Source: Candidatus Brennerbacteria bacterium RIFOXYC1_FULL_41_11 (lineage in GTDB: Bacteria > Patescibacteriota > Minisyncoccia > UBA6257 > Brennerbacteraceae). From it: a stretch of 63,412 nt of DNA. Positions 50,695 through 61,099 of the stretch are shown here, piece by piece (positions within the stretch are counted from its first letter, which is position 1; each line of letters begins with the position of its first letter). The notes below the pieces were generated by a model. That model was not told the origin of the DNA. It saw only the letters and a program-made list of their open reading frames with translations, and searched no databases. The DNA is taken from NCBI GenBank assembly GCA_001817215.1, contig MHHX01000012.1, positions 4,843 to 68,254 of the forward strand. The letters are read 5' to 3'. The position numbers and the translations under genes are program-made.

Positions 50695-52494
50695 TTATTC
50701 TTTGTTCTTCTGGCGTTTGTTTCTTGTCCTCTCAACTTCAGTCAAGAGTTCTTTTCTTAACCTGACATTTTTGGGCGTGATTTCGAGAAACTCATCGCCA
50801 GCCATGATTTCAAATCCGCGTTCAATTGTTAGTTCGTAAGGAGGATTAAGATTTATCTCTTCATCGTTTCTGGCATTTCTGAAGTTAGACATGGCTTTAT
50901 TTTTGGTTGGATTAACCATCATCTCAATTCCCTTTGATGTATTTCCGACAACTTGGCCCTCATAAACATCCACTCCCGGACCGATATAAAGCAACCCTCT
51001 TTCTTGAAGCATCCATAGAGCAAAACTTAAGGCCTTGCCCATAGACATCGATATCATGGAATCGACAGATCTTCTTTTGATTTCTCCGGCATAAGGGAAA
51101 AAGCCAATCACCCGTGAGGATAAAATGCCTTCTCCCTTGGTATCGATGACAAACTGATTGCGATAACCAAGAAAGCCTCTGGTCGGACCTTCAAAAAATA
51201 ATCTGACTGCATTTTCTTTATGAAAAATGTTTTTTAAGAAAAACGCTCGATTGCCAAGCCGTTCAATAATGACGCCTTGATATTCTTGGGGGCAGTCAAT
51301 GATCAACTCTTCAAAAGGTTCAAGCTTCTGTCCTTTTTCTTCTTTGATGATCACGTGGGGCTGGGAGATTTGAAGTTCATATCCGGCGCGTCTCATGTTT
51401 TCAAGCAAAATGGCAATGTGTAGCTCGCCCCTCCCCGAAACCTTAAAGCTGTCGGCTTTTGAGAAATCAACGTGCAGACCGACATTGACTTCGAGCTCGC
51501 GTTCAAGATATTCTCTTAACTGTCTTGAGGTGATAAATTTCCCGTCTTTCCCGGCAAAAGGAGAGTTATTGACAAGAAAATTCAGAGTTATTGTTGGTTC
51601 GTCAATGGCAATCGCCGGCAGAGGCGTGGCGTCTGCGTTGGTAGTAATGGTTTCGCCAATATTGATATCCGGTATGCCGGCAACCAAAGCAATGTCTCCT
51701 GTTTGTATTTCCGTTGTTTCTTTTCTTTCAATGCCTTCAAAACTAAAGATCTTTGTTAATTTTCCGGCTCTTGTTTTGCCGTCGGAGTTTTTGACAAAAA
51801 CACTTGAGTTTTGTTTGATGGAACCTTGATAAACCCTGCCAATCGCCATCCTGCCCAAAAAATTGTCATAAGCCAAGTTAAAAGGTTGGAACATTAGATC
51901 TTTACTCAAAGACGTCTGGTCGGCTGCGTTAGGGACGTGCTTAATGATTGTTTCAAGCAGGGGTTTTAAATCTTCGGATTTCTCATCCAAGGAATTTTTG
52001 GCAATGCCAAGTCTGCCGATTGTGTAAACAACCGGGAAGTTGGCTTGTTTTTCATTGGCGCCAAGTTCCCAGAATAGTTCCAGAACTTGATCGTGGCAAA
52101 GACTGGGGTTGGCGGCATTTTTGTCAATTTTATTGATCAGAACGATCGGATTTATGCCTAATTCCAAAGATTTTTTCAAAACAAAACGCGTTTGAGGCAT
52201 TGGGCCCTCTTGAGCATCGACGACCAAAAGCACTGAATCAATCGAACGCAAGACTCTTTCGACTTCTGAACCAAAATCAGCATGACCCGGTGTATCAACG
52301 ATATTGATTTTGACATCTTTATAGATGATCGATGTATTTTTTGAATAAATCGTAATCCCGCGCTCTTTTTCCAGATCGTTTGAATCCATGGTCGTTCCTT
52401 CAATAAGAACGCCGGCTTGTTTCATCAAGGCGTCAGTTAAAGTTGTCTTGCCGTGATCAACATGGGCAATAATCGCGATATTTCTGATTTCCAT
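50695..52494 (-). CDS. typA: Translational GTPase TypA/BipA
   Basis: IRNIAIIAHVDHGKTTL, DTPGHADF, NKID. Domain order matches BipA. Confidence 0.95.
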   Translation of the reverse strand: MEIRNIAIIAHVDHGKTTLTDALMKQAGVLIEGTTMDSNDLEKERGITIYSKNTSIIYKDVKINIVDTPGHADFGSEVERVLRSIDSVLLVVDAQEGPMPQTRFVLKKSLELGINPIVLINKIDKNAANPSLCHDQVLELFWELGANEKQANFPVVYTIGRLGIAKNSLDEKSEDLKPLLETIIKHVPNAADQTSLSKDLMFQPFNLAYDNFLGRMAIGRVYQGSIKQNSSVFVKNSDGKTRAGKLTKIFSFEGIERKETTEIQTGDIALVAGIPDINIGETITTNADATPLPAIAIDEPTITLNFLVNNSPFAGKDGKFITSRQLREYLERELEVNVGLHVDFSKADSFKVSGRGELHIAILLENMRRAGYELQISQPHVIIKEEKGQKLEPFEELIIDCPQEYQGVIIERLGNRAFFLKNIFHKENAVRLFFEGPTRGFLGYRNQFVIDTKGEGILSSRVIGFFPYAGEIKRRSVDSMISMSMGKALSFALWMLQERGLLYIGPGVDVYEGQVVGNTSKGIEMMVNPTKNKAMSNFRNARNDEEINLNPPYELTIERGFEIMAGDEFLEITPKNVRLRKELLTEVERTRNKRQKNKE

Positions 52495-52564
52495 TGCTGT
52501 TAGAAAATAAAAAAGGCCTTTTGGCCTGCTGATATGTATATTATAGCAGAAACTTTTCAGTCCT

Positions 52565-54079
52565 TCAACAATAAGTTTCGTTGATCTCCCCGTTTGTTAA
52601 TTCAAGGGTTCTGTTAAGTTTTATTTTATCCAGGAAATATCTGTCATGGGAGATCATCAGGATGGCGCCTTCAAAATCCATCAACGCCTCTTCAATCACT
52701 TCTCGAGAATAAATATCAAGATGGTTTGTTGGTTCATCAAGAATCAAAAACTCGTTTTGTTGGTTTGTCAGTTTGGCAAAAATCAACCTGACTCTTTCGC
52801 CGAGGCTGAGGTTCGAAACTTTTTTGAAAATGTCGTTTCCGGAAAAGAGAAATTGACCAAGAATTTTTCTCGGATCTTTTTCGAGTTTTTTCAGACGCAA
52901 CGTTTGCAAAAGCTCTTGTTCAACAGTATTTTCAGGATTCAGAATCTCGTGTTCTTGGGCAAAGTATCCAAAATTGACTTTTTCGCCGATTTTGATCTCT
53001 CCGGAATCCGGTTTCAGAATGCCAGTGGCAATTTTTACGATGGTTGTTTTTCCGGAGCCGTTCTCGCCTTTTAGCAGCACGTGATCTTTACCCCTGATCT
53101 CAAGCGCAACACCATTCAACACTTGTTTCTGGCCAAAACGTTTTGAAATATTTTTTAATTTTAAGATTAGTTTCCCGGCGTTGGTTTCACCGTCAAAACC
53201 GATTGATCCGATTGTCTTTTCTCGTTTTGGTCTTTTTAGCTCTTGGGAATAAACCTCTCTTTCAAGGCGTTTTTTCATGGCCCTGACCTGTTTGCCTTTT
53301 TTCTTGTCGCCTCCCATTGCGGCCTGCTGCTTTTTGAGACTCAGCCAAAGCTCAAGTCTTTTTTTATGTTTTTGTTGTTTTTCGTATTCGTAGCCTTCTT
53401 TTTCCGACTGCGTTTCTTTGGCAATCAAAAAATCTGTGTAATTCCCATGGAATTCAGAAAATCTTTCGTTGGCAGAATCAAGCTCAAGTATTTTGTTTGC
53501 TGTATTGTCTAAGAATCTTCGATCGTGGCTGACAATTAACACTCCTCCGTTGAATTCTCTGACAAAATTTTCAAGCCATTCAAGGCCTCGGAAATCAAGA
53601 TGATTAGTCGGTTCGTCAAGAATCAAAATGCTCGGTCGGTGCAAAAAAATTTTCGCCAGGGCTAATTTTGTTTTTTGTCCGCCGGAAAGAGTTTTTATTT
53701 TCAGGTTCGGATCAAGTTTCTCGGTCGTTCTGATTTCTTGTTCTTCGCCATTCGCGGAAAATTTTACGGCGGTGTTGAAATTAACTTTGCCCAAAGCATT
53801 TTTTATTTTTATTTTGTCTCCAAACCCTAAAAAGCTCTCGATGGTATCTTCCGGCGCAAACGGCAGTTCTTGAGGCAAATATCCGATTTTTTCATTTTCA
53901 ACCCTTACGCTACCATTATCAGCTTCGATCTTTCCAAGAATAATTTTTATAATTGTGCTTTTTCCCGATCCGTTTGGACCGACCAACCCTATTTTGTCGC
54001 CTTTTTTAATAGAAAAAGACACGCTTTCAAAAAGCGGGATGCCAAAATATTCTTTACTTAGGTTTTTTATTGAGATCAT
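52565..54079 (-). CDS. ABC-F family ATPase (two ABC domains, no TMD)
   Basis: Two Walker A sites (GPNGSGKST, GENGSGKTT), two LSGG signatures and a charged inter-domain linker. Confidence 0.9.
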   Translation of the reverse strand: MISIKNLSKEYFGIPLFESVSFSIKKGDKIGLVGPNGSGKSTIIKIILGKIEADNGSVRVENEKIGYLPQELPFAPEDTIESFLGFGDKIKIKNALGKVNFNTAVKFSANGEEQEIRTTEKLDPNLKIKTLSGGQKTKLALAKIFLHRPSILILDEPTNHLDFRGLEWLENFVREFNGGVLIVSHDRRFLDNTANKILELDSANERFSEFHGNYTDFLIAKETQSEKEGYEYEKQQKHKKRLELWLSLKKQQAAMGGDKKKGKQVRAMKKRLEREVYSQELKRPKREKTIGSIGFDGETNAGKLILKLKNISKRFGQKQVLNGVALEIRGKDHVLLKGENGSGKTTIVKIATGILKPDSGEIKIGEKVNFGYFAQEHEILNPENTVEQELLQTLRLKKLEKDPRKILGQFLFSGNDIFKKVSNLSLGERVRLIFAKLTNQQNEFLILDEPTNHLDIYSREVIEEALMDFEGAILMISHDRYFLDKIKLNRTLELTNGEINETYC

Positions 54080-54144
54080 ATAGTAAAATTATTGTGATTT
54101 TTAGTAATCACATATATAAAAGACGATAAAGAAGATTTTTAATT

Positions 54145-57100
54145 TCAGGTTAAGGTTTTAGTCTGGGTCATCTCCTGAATTTTTTCTGTCAATAATTTTA
54201 TTAATAGAGTTAGAAGTTCTTTCAGTTTTTCCGTGAGTATTTTGATTAATCTCTGCCTTTCTTCTTCAGATAAACCTTCGCCGTAATTTGGAGTGGTTGT
54301 AGCGTAAGTTGATATGTTTGTATGCGTTGGTGTTGGCGAGGGAAACACATAGCCTCCTCCTCCACCACTGATGTTTCCGCCGCCGCCAGAAGCAGTCAGG
54401 GTTATGGAGCCATTGCCAGAAAAAGATGATTCTTGATTTAAGGCATCGGTAGCTTTTGCCCTGAAATACCAAGTATCATAATTTAATGAGGTGGCGTGTG
54501 TGAAAGAGTTGGAAGTTGAGGTGGCGGTATTGGTGGAGCAACCAGAATGATCCGGGTTTTGACACCATTGAACTGTGTAGGGTGTTGACCCCAATCCGGC
54601 TCCGGCATCTGTCGATGCTGTCCATGTCCAGGTTGGGGTGATATCTGCAGATCCGGTTGTTGTCGTTGGTGTGGTTGGAATAGACGGCCCAGTTGTGTCG
54701 TAATACGTCGAATCATTTGTGGTACTGGATTCTTCACTGGCTAAGTTTTTCAGTTTGGCAGTGATTGTTTTTGAACTATCGCTTGATGTGCAGCCAGTGG
54801 CACCAGAGGTGATGTTAAAGGAAGAGATGCTGTCGTTGTAGACAATCCAGCTTGACCAGTCGCTGCCGCTATTACAACTGAAAGCCACATGCGACGGATT
54901 ATTCGAAGAAACTACGGAGATGATCGGAGTTGAATCATTGGTATAACCGGAAGAATCAGAAATGGTGATTGAGGTTAAAACCGGAGGATTAGTCGTGCTG
55001 TAAGTTATTGAGTTATCAGTACTAGTTGAAGCTTCGTTTGTGTTACCGGTTGAGCCTGTAGCCTTGTCTACGGCGATTGACGCTAGCACGGTACCGGATG
55101 TGGCCATGCCAGAAACAGCGATGTTGTAGGTTGTGCCGGATCCGGTCACGATGGCCGTTGTCGCTCCGGCTGTCCCGGATAATGTCACGTCTCCCGTAGC
55201 AAAATCAGCCACTGATTCGCTGAAAACTGCCGTGAAATCAACTGTTGACGAACTGGTTGGATCTGATTGTCCGACAGCTTGGTTGATGGTGACGTTCAGC
55301 GGAATATACTCATAAGCTCCAATATCATATCCCGCGCCTTGCGGAATCGAGGTGCCGGCATAGTCCAGTGTTATGCCAAGATTGACTCCATTGTCAATCA
55401 ATCCCGAGGTTCTAAGTAGCCTTAAGTTTGGACTGGATGTTGAAACATAGACCGGATCTTGCCAAAACCCACTGGCATCGAATCCAGTATCCGACTTGTA
55501 TAAAGCAAAATCATCATAATGATAGCTGCTGCTGCCAATTAATCCGGCGTAGATTCTTGTACCGCCAGCCGCCTGATACCAGTTGTTATAATTAACCGCG
55601 GAGAATGAGTTCAAATCCTTATAGGCAAACGCCCGGTCTCCGCCGCCAACTCCGGAATAGATATCTTGGACGGTATTGTTTTTTAAGACAACGTTGGTTG
55701 TACCATCGGTAACAGCGTCAATATTGATGCCACTAACCCAAGCATTTATTCCAGGGAGAGTGCCAACAAAAGTATTGTTATAAATATTGGCATTGGAAAC
55801 TTTGTAGTTAAGTTGGAGCTGGGCGCCTGCAGTATTGTAACCGAGGTTGTGATAAACATTAACATTGGAAACCGTGCAACTGCTTTGGCCGCTTATAAAA
55901 TAATTATTTGAACCGACATTTAAATCCGGGTAGCTTGACGTGAAATAAGCATTATTATATCTAATCGTGACGTTAGAAACCGTCATGATGCTTGCTTTTG
56001 AACAAAGCACATCTATATTGGTGTGACCATTATCATAAGATTCATTATTTTCAATCACTATGCCTGAATTATTGTCAGTTCCAGTGTAAGTCCAAATTCC
56101 CGAAAGTGCTGAGTTGTGGACAATATTGGAAGCTATCAAAATATTATCTGTGCCGCTGGTCCATAAAGATCGGCCTAGCGATCCTGTACCGAAATTCTCT
56201 CCGGTATGGTGAGTCGAGTTGCCACTAATAGTGATATCTGAACCCTCAAGGGTTTTAATCCCTGCTAGACCATTGTAAACAGTTTCTAGATTTTGTATGG
56301 TGAGATAGCTTTTGTTGTCAGCGTAGACAGCATAATCTCTCGTGGCTACTTCCATCGCGGAATATAATGCTGTTGGATCTGAGACAGCATATGTAAAAAC
56401 ATAATTATTCCCTTGATACCAGTCATATTGAGCCACCAGATCAGTTAACTGACTTTTCTTATCACCCCAATGGACAACGCTGTCTGGAGTAATGAACCAC
56501 GCCCCGCTTGGGGCTGATCCGATTGCGCTTTTCCAAACATTGGCTGGGAGCGCTTGTGACTCGCTCAGATAGGAAGAACTATTTACAGCGAATCTATCGA
56601 TGTAAGCAGTCATGGTCAAACTCAGGCCGGCATCGCCAAGCTCAAAATATCTAGGAGGATTTCTCAGTGTTCCCGTTAAAGAACCGCTATATAAGCTTGT
56701 TCCATCCAGCCTCCATTCCCAGGTTAAATTAGTGGCATCGTATTTTACTTCAACCTTGTACCATTGATTAACATTGATGCTTCCAGTTCCCGGTGCCGTA
56801 CTGGGATAACTATAGTATGCGGTGGTACCGTTATTATAAAGAGCGAATCGAAAGCGAACTTCACCGCTTGAATTTTGAGTTATGCCAAAATACCAAGGCA
56901 TTGTTAATGATGCGTTTAATCCTCTGGCAAGGTAAATTTCTTGACCATTAGCCATACCTTCGGCAGTGATGTAAACATAAAAACGAGCATAAGTAGTGTT
57001 TTGTTCAGAACCAAGATCCCGTGAAGTCTTGGCATTGTAATTAGATGATACTTTTTGAACTTTAAGAATTTGGCTCCCACCATCAGTCGGTGGAGTAATA

Positions 57101-57561
57101 TCGGTGCTGTCTTCATCAACAATACTGCCCGACCCCACAGTTTCAGTCCAAGTTTCTTCGTAGCCAGTTCCCTCGAAACTCTCATCAGAAAGATCCCCTG
57201 TTCCTGCCGGAATAGAAGAATTATCCCAAGTGGTAATTTGGGTTGAACCATAAATTTTCGGTCTATTTCCAGTACCATAACTGCCAAATAAAATTGGAGT
57301 ACCGGAAGCTCCAGAGCTGGGAGTGGTTAATTGTTCCCGCCAGATTTCGCCTTTTTTGAACAAGATCGAGTCTCCGGCGCTGAACGAAGAAGAATTAACT
57401 TTATTTATAGTTTGCCAAGCCTGGTCCGTGGCGGTGCCGATATTGCCGTCCAATCCACTTGTTTGGTCAACGTAATAAGTTGCTCCCGAAGCAGCGTCTT
57501 GACTAATTAATAAGAAAATCGAGACGAATCCGATGATTAAAAAAGTCTTGATTTTATCCAT
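54145..57561 (-). CDS. Giant secreted surface protein (1138 aa) with beta-helix-like repeats
   Basis: Signal/anchor N-terminus. A central region of N/G/T-rich ~22-aa repeats typical of right-handed parallel beta-helices, then T/S-rich Ig-like region, a Gly run and a C-terminal helical tail. Confidence 0.65.
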   Translation of the reverse strand: MDKIKTFLIIGFVSIFLLISQDAASGATYYVDQTSGLDGNIGTATDQAWQTINKVNSSSFSAGDSILFKKGEIWREQLTTPSSGASGTPILFGSYGTGNRPKIYGSTQITTWDNSSIPAGTGDLSDESFEGTGYEETWTETVGSGSIVDEDSTDITPPTDGGSQILKVQKVSSNYNAKTSRDLGSEQNTTYARFYVYITAEGMANGQEIYLARGLNASLTMPWYFGITQNSSGEVRFRFALYNNGTTAYYSYPSTAPGTGSINVNQWYKVEVKYDATNLTWEWRLDGTSLYSGSLTGTLRNPPRYFELGDAGLSLTMTAYIDRFAVNSSSYLSESQALPANVWKSAIGSAPSGAWFITPDSVVHWGDKKSQLTDLVAQYDWYQGNNYVFTYAVSDPTALYSAMEVATRDYAVYADNKSYLTIQNLETVYNGLAGIKTLEGSDITISGNSTHHTGENFGTGSLGRSLWTSGTDNILIASNIVHNSALSGIWTYTGTDNNSGIVIENNESYDNGHTNIDVLCSKASIMTVSNVTIRYNNAYFTSSYPDLNVGSNNYFISGQSSCTVSNVNVYHNLGYNTAGAQLQLNYKVSNANIYNNTFVGTLPGINAWVSGINIDAVTDGTTNVVLKNNTVQDIYSGVGGGDRAFAYKDLNSFSAVNYNNWYQAAGGTRIYAGLIGSSSYHYDDFALYKSDTGFDASGFWQDPVYVSTSSPNLRLLRTSGLIDNGVNLGITLDYAGTSIPQGAGYDIGAYEYIPLNVTINQAVGQSDPTSSSTVDFTAVFSESVADFATGDVTLSGTAGATTAIVTGSGTTYNIAVSGMATSGTVLASIAVDKATGSTGNTNEASTSTDNSITYSTTNPPVLTSITISDSSGYTNDSTPIISVVSSNNPSHVAFSCNSGSDWSSWIVYNDSISSFNITSGATGCTSSDSSKTITAKLKNLASEESSTTNDSTYYDTTGPSIPTTPTTTTGSADITPTWTWTASTDAGAGLGSTPYTVQWCQNPDHSGCSTNTATSTSNSFTHATSLNYDTWYFRAKATDALNQESSFSGNGSITLTASGGGGNISGGGGGYVFPSPTPTHTNISTYATTTPNYGEGLSEEERQRLIKILTEKLKELLTLLIKLLTEKIQEMTQTKTLT

Positions 57562-57612
57562 AAAACAGTTTCAATAATTAGAAACCGTATTTATTATCAT
57601 TCTCAGTGTGAT

Positions 57613-57933
57613 TTATGTCAAGATTTCCGCAAATGTTTGTGTATTTTGCTCATAATCTGACAGGGCGCAACTAATGACAGGATTTATGATTTTATAAAGT
57701 ATATTCTTGCCAACGCGTCTGAATTTCACTAAGCCGTAATCTTTTAAAACTTTCAGGTGCTGGGAAATATTGGCTTTTTTTGCACCAATAATTTTAGCAA
57801 TATCATCAACACCGGCTTCTTGTTTTTTTATGATGTTGAGTATTTCGAGCCTCTTGGGATTCGCCAGGATTTTGTAGATTTTTGCATTTTTCTGATAAGT
57901 TTCTTTATCAAATGGAGATTTTATTTTTGTCAT
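57613..57933 (-). CDS. ArsR/SmtB-family winged-helix transcriptional regulator
   Basis: LANPKRLEILNIIK...DIAKIIGAKKANISQHLKVLKDYGLV..RR.GK...Y. Confidence 0.8.
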   Translation of the reverse strand: MTKIKSPFDKETYQKNAKIYKILANPKRLEILNIIKKQEAGVDDIAKIIGAKKANISQHLKVLKDYGLVKFRRVGKNILYKIINPVISCALSDYEQNTQTFAEILT

Positions 57934-58111
57934 CTTTATTTTTTGTTTAGAATATTTTTCTGGCTTTAATAAGTTGAATTTTTAGAAATAGCTGTCTAAG
58001 AACTTGGTGATTGTATAGTTTTAACGAAAGATGATCCCTGGTTCAAATAATAATAAACTGCCCGGCACTGTAAGCGCCGAGCAGTTTATTCAAATGTCTT
58101 TAAATATTATT

Positions 58112-59017
58112 TTATTTCACCGTAACATTGCCGCTAACTGGTTGTCCGTCAACTGTTCCAGAGGCTGAATAAGAGCCGTATTGAAATATCCGCCAAGCCA
58201 AGCGCAGTTTTCCGTTTGGTTCCACGGTGCCGTTCATGTTTGACTGTTGTACTGCCGGGCCACTTAATACGACCGAGGCGCTCGCACCTGCTGGCGCGAT
58301 GATATCCATATAAACTTCACTATATTGTCCCGGCGCCACGTGAAAAAAGCTCATGGCAGATGATACTTTCGGTTGGACCATTTCTTGACTGACAGTTGGT
58401 GATGGAGTAGGAACGGGACTAGACACTGGAGTTTGCCCAAGTTCGGTTTCGGTCAATCCCAAATGTCTTGAAATATCAACGCCGCCGTACATCAAGCGCG
58501 CGTCAACGCCCCGGATAGCGTGGATGAAATTTTGAAATATGGTTGCCTCAATCTCGTCTTCCCAGACGCCATCCTTTTTCGCATCGCTCCATGAACCTCG
58601 GTCTGCATCTACGGCATGCCACATCTCGTGCAAAAGCGCTGTGCAAAAGTCTTTATTCGCTAACTCTGGAACATCTCTTTTTATTCTCTCAAGTTCTCCG
58701 GCGGATACTTTTGTATGTGTGCCAATGCCCGTGCCGTTTTCAGCTTTTGTCGCATCGTTGGCGCTGTTTTCCCACTCCGGACCTTCCGTGATTTTATGAT
58801 CATTTCCAGATCCTTCCAGTTCCTTAATGGCATCACCCACTAGCCCTTCTGCGCCGCGATATGTGTTTAAACATTCATTGACGGAATCCCTGAACTCTCG
58901 GCTGCCTTCGACAACTATTTTCGCTCCGGCGCTAGGGCTCCACATAACAAACGAGACAACTATCAGAACCAGTAAAATTAATTTAGAGAAACTTCTATTG
59001 TCTTCGGTGTTGGTCAT
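58112..59017 (-). CDS. Secreted HExxH zincin-like protein (301 aa)
   Basis: Signal/TM N-terminus, LLHEMWHAVD motif, Pro/Ser/Thr linker and a C-terminal beta-rich domain. Noticeably G+C-richer than its neighbours. Confidence 0.5.
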   Translation of the reverse strand: MTNTEDNRSFSKLILLVLIVVSFVMWSPSAGAKIVVEGSREFRDSVNECLNTYRGAEGLVGDAIKELEGSGNDHKITEGPEWENSANDATKAENGTGIGTHTKVSAGELERIKRDVPELANKDFCTALLHEMWHAVDADRGSWSDAKKDGVWEDEIEATIFQNFIHAIRGVDARLMYGGVDISRHLGLTETELGQTPVSSPVPTPSPTVSQEMVQPKVSSAMSFFHVAPGQYSEVYMDIIAPAGASASVVLSGPAVQQSNMNGTVEPNGKLRLAWRIFQYGSYSASGTVDGQPVSGNVTVK

Positions 59018-59023
59018 GTATTT

Positions 59024-59596
59024 TTAAGGAGTTATTGTGAATGTTACTTCGGCTTTATTTGTGTCGGATTTAAAAACTTTTGCGCAGTCTTGAGACGCAG
59101 GACCAGTATATTTATAAACTAACTCGAATTTATAATCGCCAGGAGTTTCAACATTATAAAATGTAGATACTCCTCTGCCGTCAACCAGCTCCACAATCCT
59201 CAAGATTTTCTTGCCAAGCCCATCGTCGAGCTCGCTTTTTAACGTAAAATCAATGCTTTTTTCAGAATCAATAGAAACAAGGCTGTTTTGCAACATCATT
59301 GGAAAAGAAGTGATGAAATAAGAGGGCGCCGAACGATTTTCAACTTGCGCGCCGTCACGAGTCAATGATACGAATCTCAAACTGCCAATACTCATATTAC
59401 TGACACAGGTTGCTGTCTTCCCAATATTTTTTAGATTCACGCTGAGATTTATTGTTTCGCCCGTTTTATAAGACGCTTTGTCCAATGAGGCTTTGAGTTC
59501 GACTGCGCTTTGCGATTTAAATTTGAAAAATACAGAGAGAGCCACGATTATTACTAAAACAATCGCCAAGATGCTGATAATTTGTTTTTTATTCAT
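59024..59596 (-). CDS. Hypothetical membrane-anchored/secreted protein (190 aa)
   Basis: N-terminal TM segment and a beta-rich body. Immediately upstream of the HExxH protein. Confidence 0.5.
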   Translation of the reverse strand: MNKKQIISILAIVLVIIVALSVFFKFKSQSAVELKASLDKASYKTGETINLSVNLKNIGKTATCVSNMSIGSLRFVSLTRDGAQVENRSAPSYFITSFPMMLQNSLVSIDSEKSIDFTLKSELDDGLGKKILRIVELVDGRGVSTFYNVETPGDYKFELVYKYTGPASQDCAKVFKSDTNKAEVTFTITP

Positions 59597-59761
59597 AGAT
59601 AATGTTTATATTATATAAGTTTAATTCATATAATCCTGAATGCAATACTGGTTTTCCACAGGAAGAATTTTTGATCCGCTTTGCTCTCCTGTACTCGACG
59701 AAAGAAAGTCTCGGTCAGAATGGTTTTGTGATAAAAACGAGACAAATGAGACAGTCATTAC

Positions 59762-60568
59762 TTACGTTTTTGCCTTTTCGAAATATCTGCGATGCAAAGA
59801 ATCATTTTTTTGACTGTGTCTTACGAGGTGTATCCCGGCGGCTAAAAAAATGAGATCTTTCATCCCTTGTTCTTTAAGTCCATATAATTCTATATAATGC
59901 TTATCTAACCCAAAAAGTCTTTTTAATAATTCGTAAGTATATCTATAAAAAGCAGGAACATGTTTTGGGGCATCAGAGACCGCGGCATTAACCGCCGTGA
60001 GCGCAACATCTAGTCTGAAGTCTCCAACAAAAGCATCCATCCAGTCTATTACGTAATACTCATTACCTCTAAGAATTAAATTTCCGTGGTGGAAATCTCC
60101 GTGACAAAGAACAGGACGATGTTTTCTTTTTAAGATTCTCAGAAGATCGTTCTTATCTTCCTTCAATAATTTATCAGAATTAGCTATGGTCGATTCAAAT
60201 TCTGAGACTTGAGTTGGTAAATCTTTAATTTGAATTTTATGAATTTGTTTATGAATATCAGTGATTTTTTTCTGATAAAAGAGGTATAACCATGGTTTTT
60301 TCTGAAAAAGATCTATCAAGGCTGTGTTACTTACTTTCTCAAAAATAATTCCAGCCCTACCATCTCTTTCAAACACCTCTATGGGTTTAGGGATGTTTAA
60401 CAACCTAGCATTATAGATAGCTAATGTTTTATTGAATTCTCCAACAACTTTTTGTTGTGGAAAATCAAAATCATAAAGTTTTAGAACTTTATGGTCATCT
60501 AATTTGTATATTTCAGACCTCCTGCCAAAAGAAATCGGAGTATTCATAATAAAAACAAAAAAGCGCAA
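59762..60568 (-). CDS. Aminoglycoside/choline-kinase-type phosphotransferase (APH fold)
   Basis: Brenner motif CHGDFHHGN and IDW.D. The start is possibly the ATG at 60547. Confidence 0.75.
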   Translation of the reverse strand: MRFFVFIMNTPISFGRRSEIYKLDDHKVLKLYDFDFPQQKVVGEFNKTLAIYNARLLNIPKPIEVFERDGRAGIIFEKVSNTALIDLFQKKPWLYLFYQKKITDIHKQIHKIQIKDLPTQVSEFESTIANSDKLLKEDKNDLLRILKRKHRPVLCHGDFHHGNLILRGNEYYVIDWMDAFVGDFRLDVALTAVNAAVSDAPKHVPAFYRYTYELLKRLFGLDKHYIELYGLKEQGMKDLIFLAAGIHLVRHSQKNDSLHRRYFEKAKT

Positions 60569-61049
60569 TGGCTATACAAATAATTTCTAGGGATGCAATC
60601 AGCCATGCTTTAGTCAAATAATATTTCAAAATTTCTTTGTTAGATGTCATAACTTTTCTGTCGGGATATTTAGTTATTGGCCAAAACCAGTTTATCTGCG
60701 TTTCTCCATTCTTTTTATATATTTTAAGAACAGACAAAATATGGCTGAGATCATCTAGAAACAAGTGAATAAATAAAGATAGAAATATCAAGGCAGCCAA
60801 AATCACATTGATCTGAAATATGAAAACCAACAATAATCCTACTATCAACGCTCCTACTGGCGTGTGAGTAATGTTCTGATGGTGCAACTCTCCCTTTTTG
60901 CCATTAAACAAGCCGACCAGAAAGTCTACGTCTAAAACGTTTCTTGACAATATTATTAGTAGAATTTGTTCGTTGTTTAAGTTGACACCTATGTTTCTAG
61001 CGCCTTCAACTATCAAGTAAGATGTGGCGATGTGTCCTGGTGTAAGCAC
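60513..61049 (-). CDS. Membrane-bound metal-dependent hydrolase-like protein (YdjM/DUF457-like)
   Basis: N-terminal LTPGHIATSYL, His-rich loops (HHQNITHTP, H.FLDDLSH), 4-5 TM segments. GTG start. Confidence 0.55.
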   Translation of the reverse strand: MLTPGHIATSYLIVEGARNIGVNLNNEQILLIILSRNVLDVDFLVGLFNGKKGELHHQNITHTPVGALIVGLLLVFIFQINVILAALIFLSLFIHLFLDDLSHILSVLKIYKKNGETQINWFWPITKYPDRKVMTSNKEILKYYLTKAWLIASLEIICIAIALFCFYYEYSDFFWQEV

Positions 61050-61099
61050 GTGGAGTTTATTTGTTGTATTTTAACACTCTCCGGTCTTAAAACATCACA

